Shown here: positions 31,940 through 42,009 of the stretch, piece after piece
Layout: each line of letters starts with the position of its first letter
Position numbering within the stretch: position 1 is the first letter of the stretch
From: an uncultured Candidatus Saccharibacteria bacterium
GTDB taxonomy: Bacteria > Patescibacteriota > Saccharimonadia > Saccharimonadales > CAIOMD01
DNA length: 64,000 nt
Direction: 5' to 3'
NCBI GenBank assembly: GCA_964477125.1
Contig: CAYZCZ010000001.1
Location: forward strand, 43,790-107,789
Made by a program: the position numbers and the translations under genes
The notes under the pieces: model-generated
What the model was told of the DNA's origin: nothing
Seen by the model: only the letters and a program-made list of their open reading frames with translations
Databases searched by the model: none

Positions 31940-32085
31940 ATATCCTTTCATATACAAGTGTGAAAAGATATAAATGCATATCATTGCCACACTTGTGGCC
32001 TAGTTGGAGCACCTTTCCCAATATTGTTGGATAGGTTGCTGACAGGTCGTTGGGCTAGATCCCTCGCTGCACTCTTGATATTAAA
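31940..32085 (-). promoter_or_regulatory. SAM-I (S-box) riboswitch in the leader of the Met-pathway gene
   Basis: Minus-strand RNA reads AUAUCAAGAG-UGCAG-CGAGGGA-UCUAGCCC-AACGACC-UGUCAGCAACC-[P3 CCAAcaauaUUGG]-GGUGCUCCAACUAGGCC-[P4 CCACAagUGUGG]-CAAUGAUAU. The AUAUC/GAUAU pair closes P1; the rest is a following AU hairpin, a U-run and the AAAGGA RBS. Confidence 0.8.
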
Positions 32086-32164
32086 TTGTTAATGAACTTA
32101 AAGCTTAGCAGTATATTTAGTTAAGCACAACTACTATGTTAATTTATGGTACTATTCAATCATT

Positions 32165-33379
32165 GTGATTGTGGTAAAAAGCAATAAAAAACGACGCCGA
32201 ATAATTATTGCATGCGCAGTAATACTTTTAATCAGTTCAGCTATCTTGACTTTTTACTGGAACAAAAACCAATCTAATTCCAAAATAGAACCAGCAGTAT
32301 ATGGTCAGGAAATAAAAAAACCAACAATAGTGTCTGCAAGCAGTAGGTTACTAATAGTGGGGGATGTTTTTTGGGGCAGACAATATGAAAGAAAACGACT
32401 GAACAACGAACCGAATGCAATTCAATTCCCATTTTCTGGTTTAGCGTCTTACGATAAAGCTAAATATAACTCCTGGATTGCGGACGTAGAATGCCCAATT
32501 ACAGACAGAAATATTGATTTTCAAACACAATGGGATGCCATAGCTCTTAACTGCCGACCTGAATTTACCAGCGAATTTGCAAAATGGTTCGATATTGCCA
32601 CTCTAGCCAATAACCATATGTATGATATTGACCAAGAAGTTGGCTATGAATCTACCACCGCTAACCTAGACAAAAATAATATTCAGTATTTTGGTCATTA
32701 CCTTGCTTCAAAGCACGATAAAGCATGCAAAGTTATTACTGTAGGTATAGATTTAAAATACTCAGACAATACAAATAAGAAATCTAAGCTACCCCTTGCT
32801 ATGTGTGGTTACCACGGAGTAATATCTATACCAACTCCTGAAGACATCGCTGAAATAAGTAAATACTCTGATAAGTTTATTACTATTGTCATGCCTCATA
32901 TGGGAGTTGAATATCAGGCTAAAGCTGATGGTATTAAAACTACAACTTACCGTGCAATGGTAGACGCTGGAGCCGACTTAATTGCTGGGGGCCATCCGCA
33001 CTGGGTGCAAAATACTGAGGTCTATAAAAATAAATTAATTGTTTACAGCCTAGGAAACTTTATCTTTGACCAGCAAGGAAGCAATGATGTTCAAAGATCA
33101 ATTGCTTTAGACGCCACTATGGAATTTTCATCTCCAGAACAAATTAATATTTTGGAAAAATGGCTAGCACTATCAGGTGATTGTATGAATATTGCTAGTT
33201 GTTCGAATGAAAAATTAGCCAATGTTTCAAAAGCTGTATCGTTGCCAAAAATAAACTATGACCTTATAGTTGGCCAGCAAAAAGGTTTGGTTCAGGCAAA
33301 ATCAACGGACATTGCGACCATCAACCAAGTTTTGACAAGGGCTTCATGGGCCAGCACCAAAGCCAATTTAGGCCAATAA
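32165..33379 (+). CDS. CapA-family protein (poly-gamma-glutamate synthesis / metallophosphatase fold)
   Basis: N-terminal TM anchor and a metallophosphoesterase signature (GGHPHWVQ, GNFIFDQ). Confidence 0.7.
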   Translation: MIVVKSNKKRRRIIIACAVILLISSAILTFYWNKNQSNSKIEPAVYGQEIKKPTIVSASSRLLIVGDVFWGRQYERKRLNNEPNAIQFPFSGLASYDKAKYNSWIADVECPITDRNIDFQTQWDAIALNCRPEFTSEFAKWFDIATLANNHMYDIDQEVGYESTTANLDKNNIQYFGHYLASKHDKACKVITVGIDLKYSDNTNKKSKLPLAMCGYHGVISIPTPEDIAEISKYSDKFITIVMPHMGVEYQAKADGIKTTTYRAMVDAGADLIAGGHPHWVQNTEVYKNKLIVYSLGNFIFDQQGSNDVQRSIALDATMEFSSPEQINILEKWLALSGDCMNIASCSNEKLANVSKAVSLPKINYDLIVGQQKGLVQAKSTDIATINQVLTRASWASTKANLGQ

Positions 33380-33623
33380 ATATTTGTTAGATAATATTAA
33401 ACATAAGAAATATTTGTTAAATTTTAAGTATTGTGCTATAGTTAATTGTTATTCAATGAACCCGTAGTGTTTGGATATTAAGTTTTTTAGTTAATGCAAC
33501 CCTCACAATACGGCTTACAAGCAATTTTTCGCTTGTGCATATTATGAGTTCGTTGTTTGCCAACTTATCAAACACAATGGCTAGATATATATTTAGTCTA
33601 ATTACGAAAGGGTTCATTTTTTT

Positions 33624-34832
33624 ATGGGCTATTACCAAAACAACCGTGCTGGATCACGGAATAATTCAAGAAACTCAAACCGCAGTTATGGTGGTGGAGG
33701 CGGTCGCCGTAAGGGACCAAATAAACAGTACATTCACCCTTCAAAATTCGTTAAGGCTGCAAAGCCAGTTGAAGTAACTGAATATACACCAATGCATACT
33801 TTTGCAGACTTTAATTTGCACGAGCTTTTACAAAATAACTTAGATACGCTTGGATATACATATCCATCTGCCATTCAAGACCAAGCACTACAACCTGGTT
33901 TAGCCGGCAAAGATGTAGTTGGTGTTGCTAACACTGGTACGGGTAAAACTGCTGCCTTTGGGATACCTATGTTACACAAACTTATTAGTGAGCGTGGTCA
34001 TAGAGCACTTATAATGGCTCCAACACGTGAACTTGCCCAACAGATTGAACGAGAACTTAAGGCAATAGGTAAAGGCTGTGGGGTTCAAGGGGCATTATTA
34101 ATTGGTGGAACACCAATGAGACCTCAATTAGATGATTTACGTCGTAACCCTGATATTATCGTGGGTACGCCTGGCCGTATTAAAGACCATATGGAACGCG
34201 GTACTCTTAAGCTAGAGGACGTTAACCTTATCGCTCTCGATGAAGTAGATCGCATGTTAGACATGGGTTTTGTACACGATATGCGTGATATATTAAAGCA
34301 CGCAAGCTCTGAACGTCAGTCATTCTTTTTCTCTGCTACATTAGACCGTACCGTTCGTCAGTTAATTAACGACTTTTCAAAAGAACCTGTAGAAATTCAA
34401 GTGAAAACAGGTGAAACATGTGATAATGTCGAGCAAGATATTGTTCCTTACACAAGAGACGATAATAAAATTGATCTTTTACATGAACTTCTTATTAAAG
34501 ATGGCACTACTAAAGCTATCATCTTTGACGAAACTCAACGTAGTGTAGAAAAGCTTCACATGGACTTAACAAACCGTGGCTTTAAAACCGACGCTATCCA
34601 TGGCGCAAAAAGCCAAGGCCAACGTCAACGAGCATTACGTAAATTTACCGATAACCAGGTTAACATTCTTGTTGCAACAGACGTTGCGGCCAGGGGAATT
34701 GATGTTGCTGATATAACTCATGTTATTAACTACACAACTCCACAAACCTATGATGATTACGTTCACCGTATCGGCCGAACCGGTCGTGCTGGTAAAACTG
34801 GATTTGCATTTACATTTGTAGAAGCACGTTAA
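33624..34832 (+). CDS. DEAD-box ATP-dependent RNA helicase with a RGG/Gly-rich N-terminal tail
   Basis: Q-motif, ANTGTGKT, DEVD (DEAD variant), SAT, HRIGRTGRAG; N-terminal SRNNSRNSNRSYGGGGGRRKG. Confidence 0.9.
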   Translation: MGYYQNNRAGSRNNSRNSNRSYGGGGGRRKGPNKQYIHPSKFVKAAKPVEVTEYTPMHTFADFNLHELLQNNLDTLGYTYPSAIQDQALQPGLAGKDVVGVANTGTGKTAAFGIPMLHKLISERGHRALIMAPTRELAQQIERELKAIGKGCGVQGALLIGGTPMRPQLDDLRRNPDIIVGTPGRIKDHMERGTLKLEDVNLIALDEVDRMLDMGFVHDMRDILKHASSERQSFFFSATLDRTVRQLINDFSKEPVEIQVKTGETCDNVEQDIVPYTRDDNKIDLLHELLIKDGTTKAIIFDETQRSVEKLHMDLTNRGFKTDAIHGAKSQGQRQRALRKFTDNQVNILVATDVAARGIDVADITHVINYTTPQTYDDYVHRIGRTGRAGKTGFAFTFVEAR

Positions 34833-34848
34833 ATAGACAGTTTCTTTA

Positions 34849-34887
34849 TTAAAAACACTCAGAATTACAAGCTGAGTGTTTTTTTAA
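34849..34887. terminator. Bidirectional rho-independent terminator between the helicase and ackA
   Basis: aacactcag / ctgagtgtt stem, with an A-run upstream and a T-run downstream. Confidence 0.75.
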
Positions 34888-34895
34888 TTATAACT

Positions 34896-36068
34896 TTAAT
34901 TATAGATTCGAGTTAGCCTAGCTATCTCGGCTTCTTCATCAGTAGGCACTACTATTACTTGATTAACCCTTGTTCTGGTACTGATAACTGTTGGCACTAA
35001 TGGATCATAGCACTTATTATTCCGTCTATTATCAATATTCAAACCAAAAGAATCTAAATCACTGACTATTAATCTACGCATAAATGCCGATCTGGTTCCG
35101 GCCGTTCCAGTGAAAACTAAGGTATCGATACCATTAAGCGTAGCCACCATTTGCCCAATAGCTTTTTTAACACTATAGGCATAGGTTTTTAATGCTAAAC
35201 GTGCCAATGGGTCATCTGCCTCATGTCTTTCAATTAAATATCTAATATCATCTGATTGTTTACTTAAGCCAAGAAGGCCACATTCTTTATTTAGATAGTT
35301 TTCAATACCAGCGTCATCCATTTGTAAGTGTTGTTTGATGGCCATCGCTGCACCAAAGTCTAGGCTTCCAGATCTGGTTGACATTACTAAACCTTCTAAA
35401 GGGGAATATCCCATCGTGTTATCTACACTAATGCCTTGTTTGACAGCCGTAACACTCGCCCCGCTACCAAGATGACAAATAACCATTCGGTTTGGTAAAT
35501 CATAGCTCATCTTTCTAGTTACCGATGAAGCCGATAAACCATGATAGCCATAACGTTTAATCCCAATAGAATTTGCAAGCTCAATATCAACCCCGTAGTT
35601 CCAGGCAAAGTCCGGCTTGGTAACGTGGAATGAACTGTCGCTTACTCCAATAACATCTAGGCTACCAAAATGGCTTCTTATCGCATTTAATTCATTTATC
35701 GATGCGGTTATATGTAACGGAGCGCGTGATTTTAGAATTTTTAGCTGTTTTAAAGCTTCGTCATCTATCAACCGGTTTTGTAAGAAATATTCGCTTGGTG
35801 CTACTATTCGTAAACCAACCCTAACTATAATATCTTTTTCAGAGACAAGATTTAGCTCACGTAAAATTGGCTCTACAAGCTTAATACTGTCTTCTATACT
35901 ATTAATATCACAAATACGCGTTTCGTTTATTTTAACAGATATAATATGACATTTAATTTGTAATCTTTCATATTCAAAATGTATCTTTACTCGCTGAACG
36001 CCTTTTTTATATAAAGCATACTTCCGGCTTGATGTCCCGGGATTAGATACAAGTATTAATGAGTCCAT
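34896..36068 (-). CDS. ackA: acetate kinase
   Basis: N-terminal ILVSNPGTSSRKYAL and the conserved HLGSGAS and VVPTDEE regions. Confidence 0.85.
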   Translation of the reverse strand: MDSLILVSNPGTSSRKYALYKKGVQRVKIHFEYERLQIKCHIISVKINETRICDINSIEDSIKLVEPILRELNLVSEKDIIVRVGLRIVAPSEYFLQNRLIDDEALKQLKILKSRAPLHITASINELNAIRSHFGSLDVIGVSDSSFHVTKPDFAWNYGVDIELANSIGIKRYGYHGLSASSVTRKMSYDLPNRMVICHLGSGASVTAVKQGISVDNTMGYSPLEGLVMSTRSGSLDFGAAMAIKQHLQMDDAGIENYLNKECGLLGLSKQSDDIRYLIERHEADDPLARLALKTYAYSVKKAIGQMVATLNGIDTLVFTGTAGTRSAFMRRLIVSDLDSFGLNIDNRRNNKCYDPLVPTVISTRTRVNQVIVVPTDEEAEIARLTRIYN

Positions 36069-36252
36069 TTGATCCCAATATTTTTTAAAACATGAAAAAA
36101 ATTTATATGCGCTACAAAACTAGCATTGTTTGTAAACAATAATTTGTAATTTCTCACCTAGAATTATCCACCCCTATATTAATATAAAGCTCTAATGCTT
36201 ACATAGTAGCATCTAAAAATGTAAATGTTAAGCAACACGCTCATGTCTAAAT

Positions 36253-36286
36253 TTAAAAAATACAGCGCCAAACTTGACGCTGTATT
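36253..36286 (-). terminator. Rho-independent terminator for the repeat-protein gene
   Basis: On the minus strand, AUACAGCG-ucaaguuugg-CGCUGUAU followed by UUUUUAAAUUU. Confidence 0.7.
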
Positions 36287-36303
36287 ATAAAGAGCATTAC
36301 TTA

Positions 36304-36906
36304 CTATTTCTCGTCGTGACCTTTGATGGCAGATTCAACTACATCACGAGGAAGGGAAGCTGCATTTAGCAGTGCTTCTCGTACCTTTTCGGCAGTGTCT
36401 CCGCCAATTGAGGTAGCTGCTTCTAACGTTCCACCAACCGCTGCCTTGGCAGCATCTGCTGTATTCGTACCGGTTTCGCCAGCTGCCTTAATCGCACCTT
36501 GCACAGCGCCAACTGCAGCCTGACCTACGTCACCACCTGTTTCTGAAACACCCTTTACTATACCTTGAGCACCACCAGAAATTGCTTCTATTACATCTCC
36601 ACCTACCTGAGAAACACCTGCTACAACGCCACTCATTGTGTTTATTGAAACGTCAACTATAGAGCCACCTACTTGGCCGGCACCTTTTACAATTCCATCA
36701 GCTACAGAAGCTACTGTTTCAACAGTTGTACTTCCAACTTCACCAACTCCTTGTAACACATTAACAACTTGGTGCTTAGCAGTGCCAGTAACGGCACCTA
36801 AGACATCATCCACGCCATTTATAGCAGAAACAACCGCTCCTGAAGCTTCATCAATAATCTTTGCTAACATTTTACATCTCCTTATATTACTTATGCTTAT
36901 CAACAT
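36304..36906 (-). CDS. Gly/Val/Ala-rich protein built from about 13 tandem 11-residue repeats (LEA/synuclein/apolipoprotein-like amphipathic repeat protein)
   Basis: The sequence can be cut into 11-mers (VVSAINGVDDV LGAVTGTAKHQ VVNVLQGVGEV GSTTVETVASV ...). The locus is noticeably more G+C-rich and has its own terminator. The start is probably the second Met (MLAKII). Confidence 0.6.
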   Translation of the reverse strand: MLISISNIRRCKMLAKIIDEASGAVVSAINGVDDVLGAVTGTAKHQVVNVLQGVGEVGSTTVETVASVADGIVKGAGQVGGSIVDVSINTMSGVVAGVSQVGGDVIEAISGGAQGIVKGVSETGGDVGQAAVGAVQGAIKAAGETGTNTADAAKAAVGGTLEAATSIGGDTAEKVREALLNAASLPRDVVESAIKGHDEK

Positions 36907-36969
36907 AATATAACATAAAATATTATCCTAATAACTACTTTTCTATTATAGGTACATTAAACAGATAAA

Positions 36970-37764
36970 TTAATGTAAATCGCGATTTCTAAACAACAAT
37001 ATTGCTATTAACGTAGAAACTATTAGTATCCCAAATAATACTGCAATATGTGCTAAATTTAGGCTTCCCTTAACTAATCCGGTTGCATCGTAATAATGCA
37101 ATAAAGATAGCTTTTCGTAGGGCTTAAGCCAATTTACTGCAATGCCAAAAGTACTTAAAATAAAACTACCAATTGTAATAATTAATGCAATAGCCGTTGT
37201 AGGGCCACGATTACCGCTTGCAAAACCTATTGCTATCACCGTGCCAACAGTAACGCCTCCAAACACGCATGATAGCGTAAAAAGTTCCCAAATTAAGGAA
37301 TTAGTTATCTGTTCATGAATTGATATTAAGCCAATATAAGTTGCAATAATTGTGGCTAAAGAAACAAAGCACAATATAACGAACCCAGCCAATTGTTTTT
37401 GAAGTAAAATTTTAATTCTACCAACTGGTGTTGCTGCCAAAGTTCTTAATCTACCTGACTCTTCATCAGATATTGATAGGTTCAAACCTAAAACAATTGA
37501 CATAATAAGAATGAATAACGGAATCCGAATATTAAACAACTGCTCAGCTAAATATCCATTAATATTTTTTAGATTAGCTGCATCTCCAATAAGACCTTTT
37601 AAGGCTGACGGGAAGTTTGCCGTAAGTTGATCTACCTGAAAACTAGAGTTGAAAGAAGGGTAAAAGATGACAACTAGCAAGGACATGAATGCAAAAGCCG
37701 ATGCCCAACCAAGCGTAAACCATCTTTTATCGTACAATGTCTTTAAAAATAGATTCTGCATCAT
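36970..37764 (-). CDS. ABC-2 family transporter permease
   Basis: Six-TM permease immediately downstream of, and overlapping, an ABC ATPase. Confidence 0.7.
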   Translation of the reverse strand: MMQNLFLKTLYDKRWFTLGWASAFAFMSLLVVIFYPSFNSSFQVDQLTANFPSALKGLIGDAANLKNINGYLAEQLFNIRIPLFILIMSIVLGLNLSISDEESGRLRTLAATPVGRIKILLQKQLAGFVILCFVSLATIIATYIGLISIHEQITNSLIWELFTLSCVFGGVTVGTVIAIGFASGNRGPTTAIALIITIGSFILSTFGIAVNWLKPYEKLSLLHYYDATGLVKGSLNLAHIAVLFGILIVSTLIAILLFRNRDLH

Positions 37765-38660
37765 ACCGATGGCTCCTTATCATTTTCTTCGTAAAGACTG
37801 TCGAATATATCGTCTAGTGTTTCATCCTGTACGTTAAAATCTGTGATGTGTTTATCTCCTAGGATTTTTAATAACTCATTATTATACCCAAAATATCTGA
37901 ACTGCATAAATTTGGGCGAAGAAACAATAACTTCACTATTCTCAGGAATCGAAATTTTTGCGTCTTTGGCCAAATGCAAACTAACAATTTTACCTTTCTT
38001 TTGTAAAACAGACTCAATATCTTTATCAATTAGTATGCTTCCTTCTCTTAAAAAGATAACTCTCTGAGCAATTTCAGCAACTTCCATTAAGATGTGCGAC
38101 GACATAAATATTGTCACACCAGCTTCTTTCTGGCTCACAATTATTTCTAAAAATATTTTTTGCATTAGTGGATCTAGGCCACTGGTTGGTTCATCTAAAA
38201 TAACGATATCTGGTCGATGTTGCATAGCACCAATAAGTGCAATTTTTTGCTTATTTCCCCTAGACAAATTACCAAGCTTGGAGCTTAAGTTAGGTTTTAA
38301 TAATTTTATAAGTTCTTCTCTATAGTCAGAACTTTTATATTGATTGGCCAAAAAATTTAAATATTGAAGTCCAGTTAAGTTATCAAACAAAGCCATATCA
38401 CCAGAAGCAAACCCAACTTTGCCATGATGCTTATGTGCATTAGATGGGATAACAATATTGCCAAACAATTTAACGGTCCCAGCTGTTGGTTTAATAAATC
38501 CTAGAAGCATACTAATGGTAGTTGTTTTGCCGGCACCATTAGGTCCAACGAAACCAACAATTTCACCTCTATTCACTTCAAAAGATATATTATTGACAGC
38601 ATTAACATTATTAAACTTTTTTGACAAATTGTTAACTTGAATTTTTATATTATCAGACAT
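37761..38660 (-). CDS. ABC transporter ATP-binding protein
   Basis: GPNGAGKTT Walker A, LSRGNKQK signature, ILDEPTSGLD Walker B. Confidence 0.9.
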   Translation of the reverse strand: MSDNIKIQVNNLSKKFNNVNAVNNISFEVNRGEIVGFVGPNGAGKTTTISMLLGFIKPTAGTVKLFGNIVIPSNAHKHHGKVGFASGDMALFDNLTGLQYLNFLANQYKSSDYREELIKLLKPNLSSKLGNLSRGNKQKIALIGAMQHRPDIVILDEPTSGLDPLMQKIFLEIIVSQKEAGVTIFMSSHILMEVAEIAQRVIFLREGSILIDKDIESVLQKKGKIVSLHLAKDAKISIPENSEVIVSSPKFMQFRYFGYNNELLKILGDKHITDFNVQDETLDDIFDSLYEENDKEPSV

Positions 38661-38722
38661 ATCTAATTTTATTATATACCCAAATACTACTAATAACTTT
38701 GAACGAATTACGTTCGTAGATA

Positions 38723-40420
38723 TTACGGTATTTTAATATTATATTTTTCTTTATATTCCTCTAAAGCATCGCCTAAGGTTGTAAAATGTGGTGCCCGTTG
38801 TAAGTAGCCGGATAGGGGGCTGGTATGACTGACAGTTGTTCTAACAGTGCCTTTCATTCTGGCAACTGCTAATACAATTTTACGTTTTTTTAATTCTGCA
38901 ATTACACCTGAAAGCATTTGAGCAGAAGTAGAATCTATTGAAGTTATAGTTTCAGCATCCCATAAAAACCATTTTATGGGTTCTTCAGACTCACTAATTA
39001 GTCGCAGAATTCTCTCACGGAAATAGCTAGAATTGCCAAAGAATAAAGGTGCATCAAACCTATATATTATAAGACCCTCTATGGCTACGGTTTTCGGTGG
39101 ACGAGCCATGTCCCTAAAGCTTCCATCTTTTGCTAAACCAAGTACTGCATCTTTAGGAAAAGCTGTTCTTCGAATAAGATTGCCAATAGCCAGTAACACA
39201 GCTAGCATTAGGCCCTGAAATATACCTAAGGTTATTACCCCTATTACAGTTACTATTGCCAAAATTGCTTCGCTTTTCCAAGCTTTCCATATGGCTTTAA
39301 GTTCTACATAGTCAAACAATTTACTAATAGCTAAAATAATTATTACTGCTAATGCAGATACAGGTAAGTTAGATAAGAATGACCCTAAAAATAATAGTGA
39401 TAAGGCAATTACGGCAGCTCCAAATATTTGGGAGACTTGCGTTTTTGGTTTACTATCAAAATTTACAGCCGATCGGGACGCGCTAGCAGATACGGGCATG
39501 CCACCAAATAAGCCACTTGCTATATTAGATGCTCCTAAACCGAAAAACTCTTGGTTTGGTTTAACTTCTTCGTTCTTTTTAGCTGCGTAGGTTCTAGATA
39601 TTGCAATAGTGTTAGCGTAGCCTATAACAGTAATCGCTAACGCTGGCACTATTAAGTTTTGCAAATCTATCGGTTGGACTGACGGTAAATGCGGAAATGG
39701 CAAGCCAGTAGGAACATAGCCTAAAACCGTGATGCCACTGGCATTAAAATTGAAAATTATTGAAACTATGGTTGCCCCTAACAAAAGTAACAACGCCACA
39801 GGCATTCTTCTAAACTTCATTCCTAGCAGTATACCTATACACATTAGAGTAAAGCTAAGAGCCATAGTGGCAGCGTTCCAAGAATAGACATTACTTAAAA
39901 TATATGTAATCGAACCGAAGAAATTAGTATTAACAGGAATTTCTAGCCCGAATAGTTTTGGCACTTGGCTGGCAATTACTACCAAAGCTAAGCCCGCCAT
40001 ATAACCAAGCATTATTGGTCTTGACAAAAATTCACCGATAAAACTTAACCGCGCAAATACTGCAATAATACAAAAAATACCTATAAATATTGACAGCAAA
40101 ACAATGAGAGCAGCGGTTCTAGACGCATCACCTCCAGCAAGTGGTATTACCGTAGCACCGGCGAGTGCCGCCATTGCTGCATCTGGGCCTACTGTAACAT
40201 AACGGGTACTACTAAATACTGCAAAAACCAGCATGCCAATTAGTGCAGCGTATAAACCCATTGCGATTTCAACGCCTGCTAATTGGGCATAAGCCATAGA
40301 TTGAGGTATTGCAACCGCCGCAACCGTTGCACCTGCCAAGATATCTCTTCTAAGCCAACGAGTTGGATACGTTTTTAAAGTTTTGAGCAAGTTAAGCTTT
40401 ATATTTATTTTTTCTTGCAT
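38723..40420 (-). CDS. SulP-family anion transporter with a C-terminal STAS domain
   Basis: N-terminal sulfate-transporter motifs (AGxTVAAVAIPQSMAYA), about 11 TM helices, and a C-terminal STAS domain. Confidence 0.85.
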   Translation of the reverse strand: MQEKINIKLNLLKTLKTYPTRWLRRDILAGATVAAVAIPQSMAYAQLAGVEIAMGLYAALIGMLVFAVFSSTRYVTVGPDAAMAALAGATVIPLAGGDASRTAALIVLLSIFIGIFCIIAVFARLSFIGEFLSRPIMLGYMAGLALVVIASQVPKLFGLEIPVNTNFFGSITYILSNVYSWNAATMALSFTLMCIGILLGMKFRRMPVALLLLLGATIVSIIFNFNASGITVLGYVPTGLPFPHLPSVQPIDLQNLIVPALAITVIGYANTIAISRTYAAKKNEEVKPNQEFFGLGASNIASGLFGGMPVSASASRSAVNFDSKPKTQVSQIFGAAVIALSLLFLGSFLSNLPVSALAVIIILAISKLFDYVELKAIWKAWKSEAILAIVTVIGVITLGIFQGLMLAVLLAIGNLIRRTAFPKDAVLGLAKDGSFRDMARPPKTVAIEGLIIYRFDAPLFFGNSSYFRERILRLISESEEPIKWFLWDAETITSIDSTSAQMLSGVIAELKKRKIVLAVARMKGTVRTTVSHTSPLSGYLQRAPHFTTLGDALEEYKEKYNIKIP

Positions 40421-40523
40421 TTACAGTCTATATTGTAGCAAATAGCACAAGCATTATAAATAAAGTATCTATTTTTTATATTGCTACCGATTTATTATTT
40501 AATGACTACTAACGGGAGGAATC

Positions 40524-40853
40524 ATGGCTCAATTTATATTACTCTACAAAGGTCCTGCAACACCAATGGAAGAAATGACTCCAGATAAAAGCGAAGAAAT
40601 CACTAAGGCATGGCAAGATTGGATGGATGAAATTGGAGTTAGCCTTGTTGAAATGGGGTCGCCAATGGCTAAGGGGGTAACAGTAATTGATGACGGAACT
40701 GAAGATGTTGCTACCGAACTAACTGGCTACAGCATTATTGAAGCGGATAGTTTGGAGGATGCAAAAAAACTCCTGCATAATCATCCATTTTTATCTGACA
40801 GCAATGGAGATTACGCCATTGAAATATTCGTGCTACAGCCCGTCGTTATGTAA
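40524..40853 (+). CDS. YciI-like (dimeric alpha/beta-barrel) protein
   Basis: About 110 aa, starting MAQFILLYKG...; the GYSIIEADSLEDAKKLL...P pattern is typical of YCII-related domains. Confidence 0.55.
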   Translation: MAQFILLYKGPATPMEEMTPDKSEEITKAWQDWMDEIGVSLVEMGSPMAKGVTVIDDGTEDVATELTGYSIIEADSLEDAKKLLHNHPFLSDSNGDYAIEIFVLQPVVM

Positions 40854-41135
40854 ATAACGACGATTAAACTTTTCTGTGGCAAGCTTACGGTTTGCTGATA
40901 TTACTAATACGAGAGTAGTACCCACATATGCTAAGCCAACTAAACAGCTTTCTAAAATATGCCCAGGAGTTAAATACACTAGCACGGTACCGGAAATCAT
41001 GGTCAACGCAAGCATAATATAGCTTCCTTTAATCTTTGCCTGTGATGGCTTAAAAAAAGATAAGGAAGAAAGTACAAGACTGGTAATGGCTATTATAATG
41101 TGTGCTATTAAAATCATTAGCATTATTATACACAA
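40833..41135 (-). CDS. small 3-TM membrane protein, last gene of the quinol-oxidase operon
   Basis: 100-aa hydrophobic ORF, 4 nt downstream of cyoE on the same strand. Confidence 0.45.
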   Translation of the reverse strand: MCIIMLMILIAHIIIAITSLVLSSLSFFKPSQAKIKGSYIMLALTMISGTVLVYLTPGHILESCLVGLAYVGTTLVLVISANRKLATEKFNRRYLHNDGL

Positions 41136-41139
41136 TTAT

Positions 41140-42009
41140 TTATGGCAACCAAGCATTTAATGAAATTAACGTGCTAAAAACTAATAAAACAACTAATGAA
41201 AAACTAAACATGGTATGTGCCCATTTTATACCTTCTTCTGACCGAATGGCTTTTAGTCCTAAAAATAGCCAGTAAATAGTAACTCCTAACATTACAATTA
41301 GGTAGATATAACTCAGTTCAGCAACAAAGAAAAGCATAGTCATGGTCATTCCTAGGGCGATTATATATGCGTTAATTTGCTTCTTGGTTTTTTGTAATCC
41401 CTTAATAGCGGGTAATACTGGTACCCCAGCTTTTTTATAATCATTTAGCCTAAATATTGCTATGGCATAAAAATGAGGCATTTGCCAAAAAACTAATATC
41501 AAAAATAATAGTCCCGCGGTAATGTCTATTTGATTTGTCACTGCAGTATAACCTGCAACCGGAGGCACGGCTCCGGAAACAGAGCCAACTAAAGTACCGT
41601 AAATATTTTTCCGCTTAAATATACTGTACATCACCAAATAAAAAAATAATCCAACCAGCCCACATGCAAGAGTTAGATAGTTCGTAAAGAAAGCAAGCAA
41701 TAGAGCGCCAGCAATTCCTAAAATACTGCCATAAATAATTGCATTTCTATTACTAATAGTTCCTGTAACGAGAGCTCTTTTTTTTGTACGAGACATATAT
41801 ATATCAATATCTTTATCAAGATAATTATTTATAACGCATCCGCAAGCAATGATTAACGAAGTTCCACCTAAAAGAGCCAGCATTAGACTAAAATTAATAA
41901 CCCCGTCACTAGCTAGTAAAAAACCTGCTAGAGCAACAATTAAATTACCCCTTATAATTCCTGGCTTTGTAAGCAAATAGTATTGTCGTAAGGTTTTTAT
42001 GAAAATCAC
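41140..42009 (-). CDS. cyoE: protoheme IX farnesyltransferase (heme O synthase)
   Basis: UbiA-fold protein with the CyoE/CtaB motifs (NNYLDKDIDIYMSRTKKR). Confidence 0.85.
   Translation of the reverse strand: MIFIKTLRQYYLLTKPGIIRGNLIVALAGFLLASDGVINFSLMLALLGGTSLIIACGCVINNYLDKDIDIYMSRTKKRALVTGTISNRNAIIYGSILGIAGALLLAFFTNYLTLACGLVGLFFYLVMYSIFKRKNIYGTLVGSVSGAVPPVAGYTAVTNQIDITAGLLFLILVFWQMPHFYAIAIFRLNDYKKAGVPVLPAIKGLQKTKKQINAYIIALGMTMTMLFFVAELSYIYLIVMLGVTIYWLFLGLKAIRSEEGIKWAHTMFSFSLVVLLVFSTLISLNAWLP

Noticed and set aside
36304-36906. Periodic DNA repeats that might be a CRISPR array or other repeat array.
   Set aside because: The periodicity is 33 nt with degenerate copies inside a single intact ORF. 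It reflects 11-residue protein repeats, not direct repeats with unique spacers. No CRISPR-like array exists anywhere in the window.
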